From assembly GCA_050014195.1 (NCBI GenBank), contig JBEKDT010000001.1:320001-384000 (forward strand): a DNA stretch of 64,000 bases. The letters run 5' to 3'. Positions 7,694 to 16,969 of this stretch are shown here, one piece after another. Within the stretch, counting starts at the first letter, position 1. The number at the start of each line of letters is the position of its first letter. The notes below the pieces were generated by a model that worked only from the letters and a program-made list of their open reading frames with translations, ran no database searches and was not told where the DNA came from. The translations under genes were made by a program, and so were the position numbers. The DNA comes from Desulfomonilia bacterium. Lineage in GTDB: Bacteria > Desulfobacterota > Desulfomonilia > UBA1062.

Positions 7694-8921
7694 AATGGGC
7701 GTAAGTGTTGTTGAACATCCAAAAGGATCTGGTGAATTATATTTATTGGTCTGCCATCAGTACAAGAAAAAGTACATCCATGTTGGCAAGAACACTAAAC
7801 CAAACCGTGTTATCGCAAACCAGAAGAAAGAGCTAATCAATCAGAAGATCAAAGAGCAGGGACATAAGGCGCTCAACAGACTCTTTGAAATCAAATCACA
7901 GGCTCCTACCCTTAAACAGTATCTAAATGGTTTTGATGATAATCCCGGCTGGCTTGCAAAGAACAAGAAGCGACTCAAATACAGCACCTATAAGGGATAT
8001 GAGAATCTTATCAATCAGAGGTTACTCCCGAGATATGGAGACAAGCCCCTGGATCAATTCGATAAGGAAGAGTTTGAAAACTATCTCTTTGAGCTCTCCG
8101 AGTTCAAGCCTAAGAGTTTAAAATATCATACACTCGCGAATATTAAGAACTGCTTATCGGGCATACTGGAATCCGCAGTACCCAAGTATATCAAATCGAA
8201 TCCTATTCATGGACTGATAATTCCCAAAGATAACCCAGATGAGAACAAGGATGAGATGAGCCCCTTCACCTGGGAAGATAGGTCGACATTTGAATCTAAA
8301 GTTAAAGAGCATAGGCCAAGATATTATGCACTTGTGGTAATGGGATTTAGATCCGGCCTCCGCATTGGTGAGATCATTGGCTTGAGGGTTTCAGATATTG
8401 ATTTTGTCCACAACTATATCAGCGTGAGGAATAACATTACCAGGGGAAGAGGCACCACTCCAAAAAGTGAAGCCGGAAGGCGTAAGGTTCGTTTGACAAA
8501 TGAATTGAAAACTATTCTCCAGAAACAGATCACTGCCGTTAAGGAAGAGGCTCTCAGCAAGGGTTGGAAGAAAGTGCCTGAGTGCGTATTTATAGGGGAA
8601 ACAGGGAACAGGATAAACTACGGCAATTTTCTTGATCGAGTATGGAATTACTGCATGGAGAAATCAAAGCTCTCTCGCAGGACCCCTCACGATATGCGCC
8701 ACACGTATGCAACCTTGAGACTCAGTCTTGGACATCCCATTCATGAGGTTTCAAAAGAGCTTGGGCATAGTTCCCCCAATATCACTTACAAGATTTACTA
8801 TCATTGGATACCCCAGATGAGCACAAGTAATATAGACGATTTAGATAGAAAACCTACTAGAGAATTACTAGAGAATAAACCTGAAAATATGGTAGAGAAT
8901 GTCTCTAGTAGCAATAGTTAA
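7686..8921 (+). CDS. int: Tyrosine recombinase / site-specific integrase
   Basis: SGLRIGEIIGL, TPKS, HDMRHTYAT, LGHSS...TYKIYYH catalytic motifs. Confidence 0.95.
   Translation: MRKMGVSVVEHPKGSGELYLLVCHQYKKKYIHVGKNTKPNRVIANQKKELINQKIKEQGHKALNRLFEIKSQAPTLKQYLNGFDDNPGWLAKNKKRLKYSTYKGYENLINQRLLPRYGDKPLDQFDKEEFENYLFELSEFKPKSLKYHTLANIKNCLSGILESAVPKYIKSNPIHGLIIPKDNPDENKDEMSPFTWEDRSTFESKVKEHRPRYYALVVMGFRSGLRIGEIIGLRVSDIDFVHNYISVRNNITRGRGTTPKSEAGRRKVRLTNELKTILQKQITAVKEEALSKGWKKVPECVFIGETGNRINYGNFLDRVWNYCMEKSKLSRRTPHDMRHTYATLRLSLGHPIHEVSKELGHSSPNITYKIYYHWIPQMSTSNIDDLDRKPTRELLENKPENMVENVSSSNS
8855..8910. repeat. Putative integrase arm-type binding sites
   Basis: TACTAGAGAAT twice in tandem (8855-8876), TAGAGAAT (8893-8900) and inverted TCTCTAGTA (8902-8910), 45-100 bp from the att core. 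Confidence 0.55.
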
Positions 8922-8953
8922 TCTATTGATATTGATTGTTATTTAATCAGATA

Positions 8954-9004
8954 AACGGTCTGCAAAACCGTTATTCACCGGTTCAAATCCGGTTGCCGCC
9001 TCCA
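8954..9004 (+). other. att site: duplicated 3' part of tRNA-Cys(GCA)
   Basis: AACGG-TCTGCAAAA-CCGTT anticodon arm, T-arm ACCGGTTCAAATCCGGT, 3' acceptor strand and CCA; the 5' acceptor strand and D-arm are absent. Confidence 0.9.
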
Positions 9005-9051
9005 GTTTTTTCAACGAGTTATAGCCCACCAACTTTGATCGATATCAATCA

Positions 9052-9504
9052 TTATTCTGAACTATCTGTGTCTGTACTCTCTTCCAAGACAATATCATCC
9101 ACATCTAAAGCATATTCAGCCTCGACTTCATTAACAACCTCGATCAGGTCATCCCTCTCTTCCGGGGCAGTAATGATGGGATCGGCTTTTGTCATGGTGA
9201 ACGGTCGCCGCCTTTTCTTCCGCTTGTGCAGCCCCTTTGCCTCTTCATTATTCTGGTCTTCTCCACATGAAGGGCAAAGGGGCTGTGGTCTGCCCAGGTC
9301 ATAAAACTTGGTCCCGCACTTATAACACTTGTATCGTGTCCCGAGATCGACTACAGAAAGCTCCTCTTTCTTGGGTTGAGTCTTCACGACTACAGGAGTT
9401 TCTTTTTTCTTGGGTTGCTTCTTCTCGACTGCAGCAAGCTCCTTCTTCTGGGGTTGCTTCTTCTCGACTGCAGAAATCTCCTTCTTCTTAGGTTGCTTCT
9501 TCAC
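9052..9504 (-). CDS. FYDLN-acid (TIGR02300-like) zinc-ribbon protein with N-terminal Lys-rich repeats
   Basis: DLGTRYKCYKCGTKFYDLGRPQPLCPSCG and acidic tail; four 13-aa repeats KKQPKKKExxxVE. Confidence 0.8.
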   Translation of the reverse strand: MKKQPKKKEISAVEKKQPQKKELAAVEKKQPKKKETPVVVKTQPKKEELSVVDLGTRYKCYKCGTKFYDLGRPQPLCPSCGEDQNNEEAKGLHKRKKRRRPFTMTKADPIITAPEERDDLIEVVNEVEAEYALDVDDIVLEESTDTDSSE

Positions 9505-9508
9505 AATC

Positions 9509-9784
9509 TTATTTATTCACCGCGTCTTTCAATAATTTGCCTGCCCTGAAACGAGGAGCCTTGCTTGCCTTGATCTTTATCTTCTGCCTGGTCTGGGGAT
9601 TTACGCCTTCTCTGGCTGCCCTCTTGGCAACATCGAAGGTTCCAAAGCCTACTAAGGTTACCTTATCGCCTTTCTTGAGGGCACTAGCAATTGACTCTGT
9701 GAAAGCATCTACCGCTAGTTGTGCAGCTGCTTTGGATATCTTTACTTTGCCTGCCATAACATCAACTAAATCTGATTTTGTCAT
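9509..9784 (-). CDS. hup: DNA-binding protein HU
   Basis: [11 protein letters not shown]...[10 protein letters not shown]...GVNPQT...[13 protein letters not shown]; RBS GAGGAGG. Confidence 0.95.
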   Translation of the reverse strand: MTKSDLVDVMAGKVKISKAAAQLAVDAFTESIASALKKGDKVTLVGFGTFDVAKRAAREGVNPQTRQKIKIKASKAPRFRAGKLLKDAVNK

Positions 9785-9987
9785 AATATCCTCCTCGTAT
9801 TTACCAAACCACCTATTATCATGCTCAGCCCATTCTTCATGAGCTGAGTTCATGAAGAATGGCTCTTACTGTGGTTTGAACATTATTACTTCTATAATAT
9901 AACAATAAGACAATGTCATCTTTTTCATTATAAAACCACCTCTCGATATATATTTTTATATGATCAAACCATCAGGAGGAATGCCTT

Positions 9988-10125
9988 ATGACAACAACAG
10001 CGATTGGAGAAGAACTGCTATCCGAAATGCTTTATAACCCTGGGATCCATAGCCAGGAGATCATGGACCATATGTGCATAGCAGCGGGTATAGTTGAGGA
10101 TGATATAACCCATTCGATTGCCTGA
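9988..10125 (+). CDS. Possible small protein (45 aa)
   Basis: AGGAGG RBS 8 nt before ATG; MTTTAIGEELLSEMLYNPGIHSQEIMDHMCIAAGIVEDDITHSIA; no recognisable family. Confidence 0.3.
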   Translation: MTTTAIGEELLSEMLYNPGIHSQEIMDHMCIAAGIVEDDITHSIA

Positions 10126-10170
10126 ATCCAGGATAAGATCGGATTCTCAGCAAGGCATTGATGCATCTTC

Positions 10171-11196
10171 TCATTTGCTTTCTGTCTTGTGCTGTTCGTA
10201 TAGGTCGTAATGTACCTTGAGTATATCCGGAATCGGCAGCTCATAGGGGCAGCGGTCAACACATTCCCTACATTCCGTGCACAATGCTACGCTTTCCATG
10301 GGGATTTTAGAGAATTCGACTGCGACCTGGGGCGACATTCTGGATGCAATCACCTTGTAGCCCATGGCCGCGGTGATCATTACACCTTGAGGGCATGGCT
10401 GGCAGTATTCGCACCTCCGGCAGAACTGCTTACCAAGCTCGAGGCGATATTTTTCCATGAGCTTGAGGTCTGTTTCTGTCACCGTGTTCGGTTGCCGATA
10501 AAAAGAGACAATTTCATCAACCCTTTCTGAAGAATCGAAACCCGGCAGAGCTACAACATAGGGGTGCTCCCGCAGGAACTTGAAAGCAATTCCGGCATTG
10601 TCGATCATCCCTCCAGCAAAAGGTTTCATGGCAAGGATTCCCATACCGCGCTCGCGCGCAGCAATGTGGAGCTCGTCTTTTGCAGCATCCTCTATGAAGT
10701 TGAACGGAAACTGCACGGTGCTGAACATGCCTGTTTTAACAAGCTTCACCGCCATTGCGAGGTTGTGGGAAGTAACCCCGATGTATCTGATCTTGCCCTG
10801 TTCCTTTGCCTTGATTACAGCCTCCATCGCACCGCCTGGTCCGGTAACGATATCCCAATCTCTTTCTTGGGCTATTTGATGCAACTGGTATATGTCTATA
10901 TAATCCGTCTTCATCATGTGAAGAGAGTTCTCCAGTTGTTCAACGGCACCAGGGGCGTCTCTGCGAATCGTCTTGGTGGCAAGTATGATCTTGTCCCGCA
11001 CATCCCCCAAAGCACGTCCGATCTTCTTTTCACTATCGCGGTAGGCATTGGCCGTGTCGTATAGGGTTATTCCCGACTCATAAGCCCTACGCAGTACGGC
11101 CACGGCTGTATCTTCGTCCAAGCGGATTATGGGAATACCCCCAAAACCCACCTCGGATACCGTCAAACCCGTTTTGCCTAAGGGAATGTAACGCAT
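10171..11196 (-). CDS. Aldo/keto reductase with C-terminal 4Fe-4S dicluster
   Basis: LGKTGLTVSEVGFGG, YDTANAY, DYIDIYQLH; CRRCEYCQPCP and CTECRECVDRCPY. Confidence 0.92.
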   Translation of the reverse strand: MRYIPLGKTGLTVSEVGFGGIPIIRLDEDTAVAVLRRAYESGITLYDTANAYRDSEKKIGRALGDVRDKIILATKTIRRDAPGAVEQLENSLHMMKTDYIDIYQLHQIAQERDWDIVTGPGGAMEAVIKAKEQGKIRYIGVTSHNLAMAVKLVKTGMFSTVQFPFNFIEDAAKDELHIAARERGMGILAMKPFAGGMIDNAGIAFKFLREHPYVVALPGFDSSERVDEIVSFYRQPNTVTETDLKLMEKYRLELGKQFCRRCEYCQPCPQGVMITAAMGYKVIASRMSPQVAVEFSKIPMESVALCTECRECVDRCPYELPIPDILKVHYDLYEQHKTESK

Positions 11197-11232
11197 TATT
11201 CAACCTCCTATGGTCATGTTGCATTCTTCATG

Positions 11233-11352
11233 TTAAGCATTCTTTTGCTTATTGCAACCATTGGTTGCAGTATCATGCAAGGCTGTGCAAGCAGTTGACA
11301 TTGATATTTTTGCTTTGCCTGCAATAACATCAACTAAATCCGTTTTTGTCAT
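11233..11352 (-). pseudogene. Truncated duplicate of the HU 5' end
   Basis: MTKTDLVDVIAGKAKIS matches [19 protein letters not shown], then diverges and stops at 39 aa. Confidence 0.75.
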
Positions 11353-11497
11353 AACTACCGCCCCGTATGTATTGAAAAAATATGGTGGGAATCTACTGTA
11401 GGCTACTTCAACTTATATTGTTATATTGCCTTTGCCCAAGCTACCACTATTTCACGAGACATCTCAAGACTCCCTGGGAGTTTTGATAGCTGATACC

Positions 11498-11788
11498 CTA
11501 CTCAGTCTTCTCCCTCAGCTTATATTTCCCTTTGCCCAGGTAAATCAGATAGTCCCTGCCATTGCGATAATATTTCCAGGAGGTATGTTCCGGGGCTGTT
11601 GATATGACGGTCGTGTTGAAGCTTATCTTGTTCAGGTCGGGATATTTCTTGATTGCTTGACTGTCCGTGTTCCGGGTATAGTGCAAAGAGACTAGATAAA
11701 ATATTTTTCCATGTCTATGGAAACTATTTTCTCTAAAAATTACTTTCCATATTCCCGGCGAATCATATTTCTTTAGAATCATTGGCAA
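11498..11788 (-). CDS. Hypothetical protein, possibly a gene remnant
   Basis: ORF track only; no motif recognised. Confidence 0.25.
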   Translation of the reverse strand: MPMILKKYDSPGIWKVIFRENSFHRHGKIFYLVSLHYTRNTDSQAIKKYPDLNKISFNTTVISTAPEHTSWKYYRNGRDYLIYLGKGKYKLREKTE

Positions 11789-12191
11789 TTTAAAATAGAT
11801 CGCCTAGCATAAATTTTGCTTTAATATTTTGTATATGAGAAAGGGGAAATAATCATGGAACACATTATTGAGCAACAAACTCATGTCAAGCATGTCAGGA
11901 AAAGGATTTTTTCATTATTTACTATTTGCATTATAGACTATGAGAAAATAGTTACAACACCTCATCTTGTTGAAATGAGACCGACACTGCAATCCCACAC
12001 AGAGAAAGTTCAGAATGGCAGGGTTTCGTACCTCATAGACCTGCAGGTATGATTGCAACCAACGAACTCTTCTCTTACTCACGGATAGGTGTTTAAGATT
12101 TAATCAGTAAAAAATTCGAATATTGATAATAATATCGGGTATTGTAGTTTTGTCATAGAGTTGAATAATCAGGTCCAGGCTTCTTCAAAAA

Positions 12192-13730
12192 TCAATGCCG
12201 GTTTGTCGCTCTCGGTTTTATTGTCTTGAAGCGGTTTGTGTCGATATTGTATTTAGCGACCTTGTACTGCATGATGCGCTTGGTGGTTCCGAGGAGTCGA
12301 GCTGCTTTGCTCTGGTTGCCCCTGGCGGCTTTCATCGCATCCACGATTATGAAGCGCTCATAGGATGCTACGAGGCTTTCCAGTTTCCTCTGCTGCTTTT
12401 CCTCCGTGGTTACCATCTGCTTCTGCATCGAGAGGGGCAGATGTATGCCGTCGATAGTGTCACCTCTTGTGAGCAGAACGGCCCGTTCGATGCAATTCTC
12501 AAGCTCGCGCACGTTGCCAGGCCAATGGTATGCAAGCAGGAGGTCAATGGCTGGTGTGGAGATGTAATGAATGGATTTTTTGAGCTGCTTGGAGTAATTC
12601 TCCACAAAGTAATTTGCCAGCAGGATGATATCTCCACCGCGCTCCCGCAATGGAGGCATGTAAATAGGGAACACATTGAGCCTGTAGTATAAGTCCGCTC
12701 TGAACATGCCGGCGGCCACATCCTGTTCCAGGTCGCGGTTGGTGGCGGCAATGATACGCACATTGACCTTTACAAAAGTGTTCGATCCCAGAGGTTGAAA
12801 ATTACGCTGCTCGATCACCTTCAGAAGCTTAGCTTGAGCAAGCGGGGAGAGCTCCCCTATTTCATCGAGGAAGAGGGTCCCGCCGTTTGCCTCCTCGAAC
12901 CTTCCTTTCTTCTTCTTGTCAGCGCCGGTAAAAGCCCCTTTCTCATGCCCGAACAGCACACTTTCTATAAGGGTATCCGGAATGGCGGCGCAGTTCACCT
13001 CAATAAACGGGTTTTGAACCCTGGGACTATTCATATGGATGGCCCTTGCAACAAGCTCTTTCCCAGTCCCTGTCTCCCCATGGATAAGAACAGTAGTGCC
13101 GGACCCGGAAACCTGAAAGATGAGGTCGGAGACGTCTTTCATAGTCTTCGAGTTGCCGACAAGTTCCCTTGAAGGCTGCCTGCTTTTTTTAAGAATGTTT
13201 TTCAACATGATGTTCTCTTCCTCAAGAACTCTCATGTTTACGGCCTTGGCAATCAGTTCAGCTACCTCACAAAGAAGCTTCAGCTCATATTCCTGGTTGT
13301 CCGCCTCCATAGCCGCCTTATCAGCCGAGAGGACACCCACCACCTTGTCGTCATGGATGACGGGAACACAGAAAAACACAAGCTCCGACCGGTTCAACGA
13401 CCGCCTGGATCCGGTCCTGTCGAGGAAGTGCTTCTCCTCATCGAGGTTGGTAATGACTAAAGGTTTTCCGGTCTGTGCCACTTGGCCGGTGATTCCTTCT
13501 CCAGGTTTGTAGATAATCTCTCTGCTGTCTATATCCACGCCGTGGGCAACATCAAGGATGGCAATTCCACTGTCCCGGTCGAGTATGGAGATCATGGCCC
13601 TGTTCATCATGGTGCGGGTACAGAGTTCATCGAGACCTTGTTCAAGCTGATCCCTGAGGTCGAGTGGCGACGCCAGGATCTTTGCAAGATCATGGAGAAC
13701 ATCGAGATCATTGTAGGTAAAAGGCTCCAT
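12192..13730 (-). CDS. GAF + sigma54 AAA+ + Fis-HTH activator (NifA-like)
   Basis: GEGITGQVA GAF signature; GETGTGKE, GAFTGA, LDEI, WPGNVRELENCIERA. Confidence 0.93.
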   Translation of the reverse strand: MEPFTYNDLDVLHDLAKILASPLDLRDQLEQGLDELCTRTMMNRAMISILDRDSGIAILDVAHGVDIDSREIIYKPGEGITGQVAQTGKPLVITNLDEEKHFLDRTGSRRSLNRSELVFFCVPVIHDDKVVGVLSADKAAMEADNQEYELKLLCEVAELIAKAVNMRVLEEENIMLKNILKKSRQPSRELVGNSKTMKDVSDLIFQVSGSGTTVLIHGETGTGKELVARAIHMNSPRVQNPFIEVNCAAIPDTLIESVLFGHEKGAFTGADKKKKGRFEEANGGTLFLDEIGELSPLAQAKLLKVIEQRNFQPLGSNTFVKVNVRIIAATNRDLEQDVAAGMFRADLYYRLNVFPIYMPPLRERGGDIILLANYFVENYSKQLKKSIHYISTPAIDLLLAYHWPGNVRELENCIERAVLLTRGDTIDGIHLPLSMQKQMVTTEEKQQRKLESLVASYERFIIVDAMKAARGNQSKAARLLGTTKRIMQYKVAKYNIDTNRFKTIKPRATNRH

Positions 13731-13892
13731 ACCATATCTCAAGGCTTATCTTTATACTTCGCCGTCTCCTGTTTCACCGTATTGAGATACCCATTGGGGA
13801 TGTATTTCTACGCATATCTTGTAAATATCGATTATATAGTTTCACTCCCAATAATCTAGAACCTCATAATAAGCTTATCGTTCGATGTCAGG

Positions 13893-14231
13893 CTAGACAG
13901 CGGCTTCCCCGCGTTCGCCGGTACGCACCCTCAAGGCATCGTCCACCGGATGGATGAATATTTTCCCATCCCCTATCTCCCCGGTGAAGGCTGCATCGCA
14001 GATCGTTTTGACGATCATTTCCAGTTCACTTTCTTTTACGATCACCTCAACTCTGGCCTTGGTAATCAAGTCAACTTTATAGGTATTGCCGCGAACATGG
14101 ATATTTACGCCTTCCTGATTTCCATGGCCTTCAATCTCGGAGATCATCACACCGGGATGCCCTAATTTTTTCAATGCATTGAATACCGCGCTCACCTTGT
14201 CCGGCCGAATAATCGCTTCAATTCTTTTCAT
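13893..14231 (-). CDS. P-II nitrogen regulatory protein
   Basis: MKRIEAIIRPDK...GHGNQEG...RGNTYKVDL...TGEIGDGKIF...RVRTGERG; Tyr51 equivalent retained. Confidence 0.93.
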   Translation of the reverse strand: MKRIEAIIRPDKVSAVFNALKKLGHPGVMISEIEGHGNQEGVNIHVRGNTYKVDLITKARVEVIVKESELEMIVKTICDAAFTGEIGDGKIFIHPVDDALRVRTGERGEAAV

Positions 14232-14276
14232 CTTGCATCTCCTTTGTCTCATTATTTAAAACCCGGAATTATTACC

Positions 14277-16208
14277 TTATAAGGCGTATACCCCTTTTTC
14301 ACCTGTTCGAATCCTCATGGCGTCTCTGGCATCCAGCACAAAGATCTTGCCGTCTCCCACATTGCCGGTAAAGAGTGCATCCCGCATGATTTCCATCACA
14401 CCCGGGACATCCCAGTCATTCACAACGAGGTCGACCCTCACCTTGGGGATGAAGGAAATCTTGTCGTTAATGGGCTCCGCATCTTTGTCCTTTTGGCCTT
14501 TTTGCCTGCCGAACCCCTTGACTCTGGTCACGGTCATCCCCAGGATGAGCTCTTCATCTTTCAGGATCTCCACGAGGACATTGAGCATATCAGGACGGAT
14601 CATGGCGGAGATCATTTTCAAGCTGTACGACCGTTTCACACCCGTCAACGCAACATAGGCAAGGCTGATCAGGGCCCAGGCGCCCGCGATAAGGAAGCAG
14701 ATATCCGCTTCTGCCTTGGAGTCGGCATTGCCGATGGAATACAGATAGACAATGGCCACAACCATAACCACATTGCCGATGATGCCGAGCACCGGGATAA
14801 TGCCGTGCTTGAGCACGCTGAAGTCGTCCCTGTTCTTGAAGGCGATGATGGTCCACACGCAGGTCAGGCCGTAGAGCACGAAGGTCCCGAAGTTCGAGGC
14901 CAGTGCGATGCCGGTGAGGCCTACCACCGAACGCACGCCGATTGCTGCGATGACTGCAGAGACGATAACCATGGCGCCGATTGCCACATGCGGGGTGCTG
15001 AATTTCTGATGGATAAAGCCCATCATGTTCGGAAGCTCGCGATCTCCTGCCATGCCGGCGCTCACCCGGATTGCGGTGTTCATGCAGCTGAGCGTCGTGC
15101 CTATGATCGCGATTACCACCGTAACCGCCATGGTGATCATCAGACCGAATCCGATGCCATGGAGCAGATTGTCGCCGATGAGCTTCGCCAGGTCGCCGAT
15201 AGGCGCGGCAGAAGCAGCGGCGGCAGCCATTCCGGTGGTAAGAGTCTTCCCGCTGCCGTTTGTCAGTTTTTCACTGATCATGGTGCCTGTTGCAAAATAC
15301 TCGATCAGGTATGCGAACAAACCCTGGATAACAAGCGAGATGATGATGGCCTTGGGAATATTCTTCTCCGGCTCCTTGGTTTCCGCAGCGAGAGCGGTGC
15401 AGCTCTCGAAACCGACCAGTATCAAAATGGCAAGGGTCGATTGGACCAGGACCCCGCTGAACGTGTGAGGACGAATAACATCCCATGCGCCGCTGAATGC
15501 CCAAGTAGCGGCCCCTTGAGGATTGCCCAGCCTGTACCATATGGCCAGACCGCTGAAAACAACAAGGGTTATGAGCTGTATCACATTGATCCAGATGGAG
15601 GTTTTGGTCGAGCCGTTCACGCCGCGATAGGCAATGTATCCGATTACAGCCGCAATGATGACGCCGATGATTGTCAGGGCTATATTGGATAACGTTCCGC
15701 CGGTGAATTGCGTATAGATGTAACCTATCATGATAGCGAACATGGCCACCATGACGCCCGGATATACCCAGTAGAACAGGTGCGCAGCCCAGCCGGTTGC
15801 AAGCTTTGACATACGGGCCATGGAATTCGGTGCGGCCCTTTTCGTGCCCGAGTTGTCGAGGAATGCCTTTTCCGCGAAATAGGTAACGCTGGCAAAGCCG
15901 GCCTCAGGATATATCTTCGCCAGTTGAGAATAGGAAAGGGCTGTGAGAAATGCGATTATCAAGGCAACCACAATCCCTGCCCATATATCGCCCGCAACCG
16001 ATGCCCCGCTTGGCGCTGTTGCGGCAGCCTGCATCTGGTACGTGATCCATAGGAACGCTCCAGGCGCGATCAGCGCCATGGCATTCACAGTTGCACCCAC
16101 CAATCCGAGTGTAGGTGTAACTAAAGACGAATTTTTACCTTCAGTCTTGGCAGAGCTTACAACTTCAAGGGTAGGTGCGGCTAAAGATGAATTAATTTTA
16201 CTGGCCAT
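14277..16208 (-). CDS. APC-family amino acid/amine permease fused to a C-terminal P-II domain
   Basis: About 12 hydrophobic segments, LSYSQLAKIYPEAG and VGFESCTALAAETKEP APC motifs; the last ~115 aa are PII (LKMISAMIRP...VKGFGRQKG...TGNVGDGKIFV...RIRTGE). Confidence 0.9.
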   Translation of the reverse strand: MASKINSSLAAPTLEVVSSAKTEGKNSSLVTPTLGLVGATVNAMALIAPGAFLWITYQMQAAATAPSGASVAGDIWAGIVVALIIAFLTALSYSQLAKIYPEAGFASVTYFAEKAFLDNSGTKRAAPNSMARMSKLATGWAAHLFYWVYPGVMVAMFAIMIGYIYTQFTGGTLSNIALTIIGVIIAAVIGYIAYRGVNGSTKTSIWINVIQLITLVVFSGLAIWYRLGNPQGAATWAFSGAWDVIRPHTFSGVLVQSTLAILILVGFESCTALAAETKEPEKNIPKAIIISLVIQGLFAYLIEYFATGTMISEKLTNGSGKTLTTGMAAAAASAAPIGDLAKLIGDNLLHGIGFGLMITMAVTVVIAIIGTTLSCMNTAIRVSAGMAGDRELPNMMGFIHQKFSTPHVAIGAMVIVSAVIAAIGVRSVVGLTGIALASNFGTFVLYGLTCVWTIIAFKNRDDFSVLKHGIIPVLGIIGNVVMVVAIVYLYSIGNADSKAEADICFLIAGAWALISLAYVALTGVKRSYSLKMISAMIRPDMLNVLVEILKDEELILGMTVTRVKGFGRQKGQKDKDAEPINDKISFIPKVRVDLVVNDWDVPGVMEIMRDALFTGNVGDGKIFVLDARDAMRIRTGEKGVYAL

Positions 16209-16254
16209 GGTAAATACCTCCTTTCCACAAGCTCAAGTATTGATAGTTGTTTGG

Positions 16255-16269
16255 GCAAATAACATGCCA
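16255..16269 (-). promoter_or_regulatory. sigma54 -24/-12 promoter of the permease-PII operon
   Basis: Minus strand TGGCATGTTATTTGC (GG-N10-GC), 46 nt upstream of the ATG. Confidence 0.75.
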
Positions 16270-16969
16270 GTATAATGAAATGTTTCCTGATGACCGTAAT
16301 TAAATAGTTATTTCAATTTGTTAAAAGTTATTACGGAGTGGTTTGGATTTCCCTTTTAAGCCGATTGAGCTTTCTTGACATGCAAATCTATACATTATTG
16401 GATCATTGGAATATAATCTTGAATGGGTTCTTCAAGATGAAAATTGGTTGAACATATCTCCGAGATACAGGCTGGAAATCGAACCGGTTATCTCTCAAGG
16501 TGACCCGGTGGAAGTGACAATCACTCTCAAGCCTTCAACCCACCCAGGATCAAGTAAACATGGGTGATACCAGTCAATGTGCTCAAGGCACCCGTGCTTG
16601 TTATCCATCGAGAAAGCAATGCAAAAGGGTAGGTCCAGGCAGGTTCATATGCAGTATTAATGTATATATAGAATGCTACAAAAGGTACAAAATAGAATCG
16701 TTAATTATGTAAATAACCAAAATGAACCATCAAAATTAAAATAAAACATTAATAGTCCTTTTAAATGATCTTTACCTAGGATATAAAACATAATATCAAG
16801 GTGTTAAAAGTAGTTTATGGAGTTGTTTTATTAAATAACCTCTATAAACATATCGTAAGAACAGGGTAAATTCATACAAGAGTGTGATACTTGGTATGGG
16901 ATCTTTAGTTGTGGTCAGTCAGATATTAATTGAGGCAATCTATCCTACATAATAGCATAATAGAAGTGA

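Larger units (their letters stand above)
1..9004. mobile_element. Integrative mobilizable element (right part) integrated at tRNA-Cys; left end outside window
   Basis: Relaxase, oriT, mobC, ardC, xis and tyrosine integrase end at a 3'-half copy of tRNA-Cys; host-type genes (FYDLN protein, HU) start immediately after. Confidence 0.9.

Noticed and set aside
8954-9004. Functional tRNA-Cys
   Set aside because: 5' acceptor strand and D-arm are missing; interpreted as an att duplication.
9349-9504. CRISPR-like array
   Set aside because: Contiguous in-frame 39-bp units without unique spacers; no cas genes in the window.
12192-13730. True nifA / nitrogen fixation
   Set aside because: No nif genes in the window; the GAF-AAA+-HTH architecture is shared by many activators.
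14493-15692. 399-aa + strand ORF (also 41569-42423 and 60568-61791)
   Set aside because: Antisense to well-supported genes; typical of biased codon usage.
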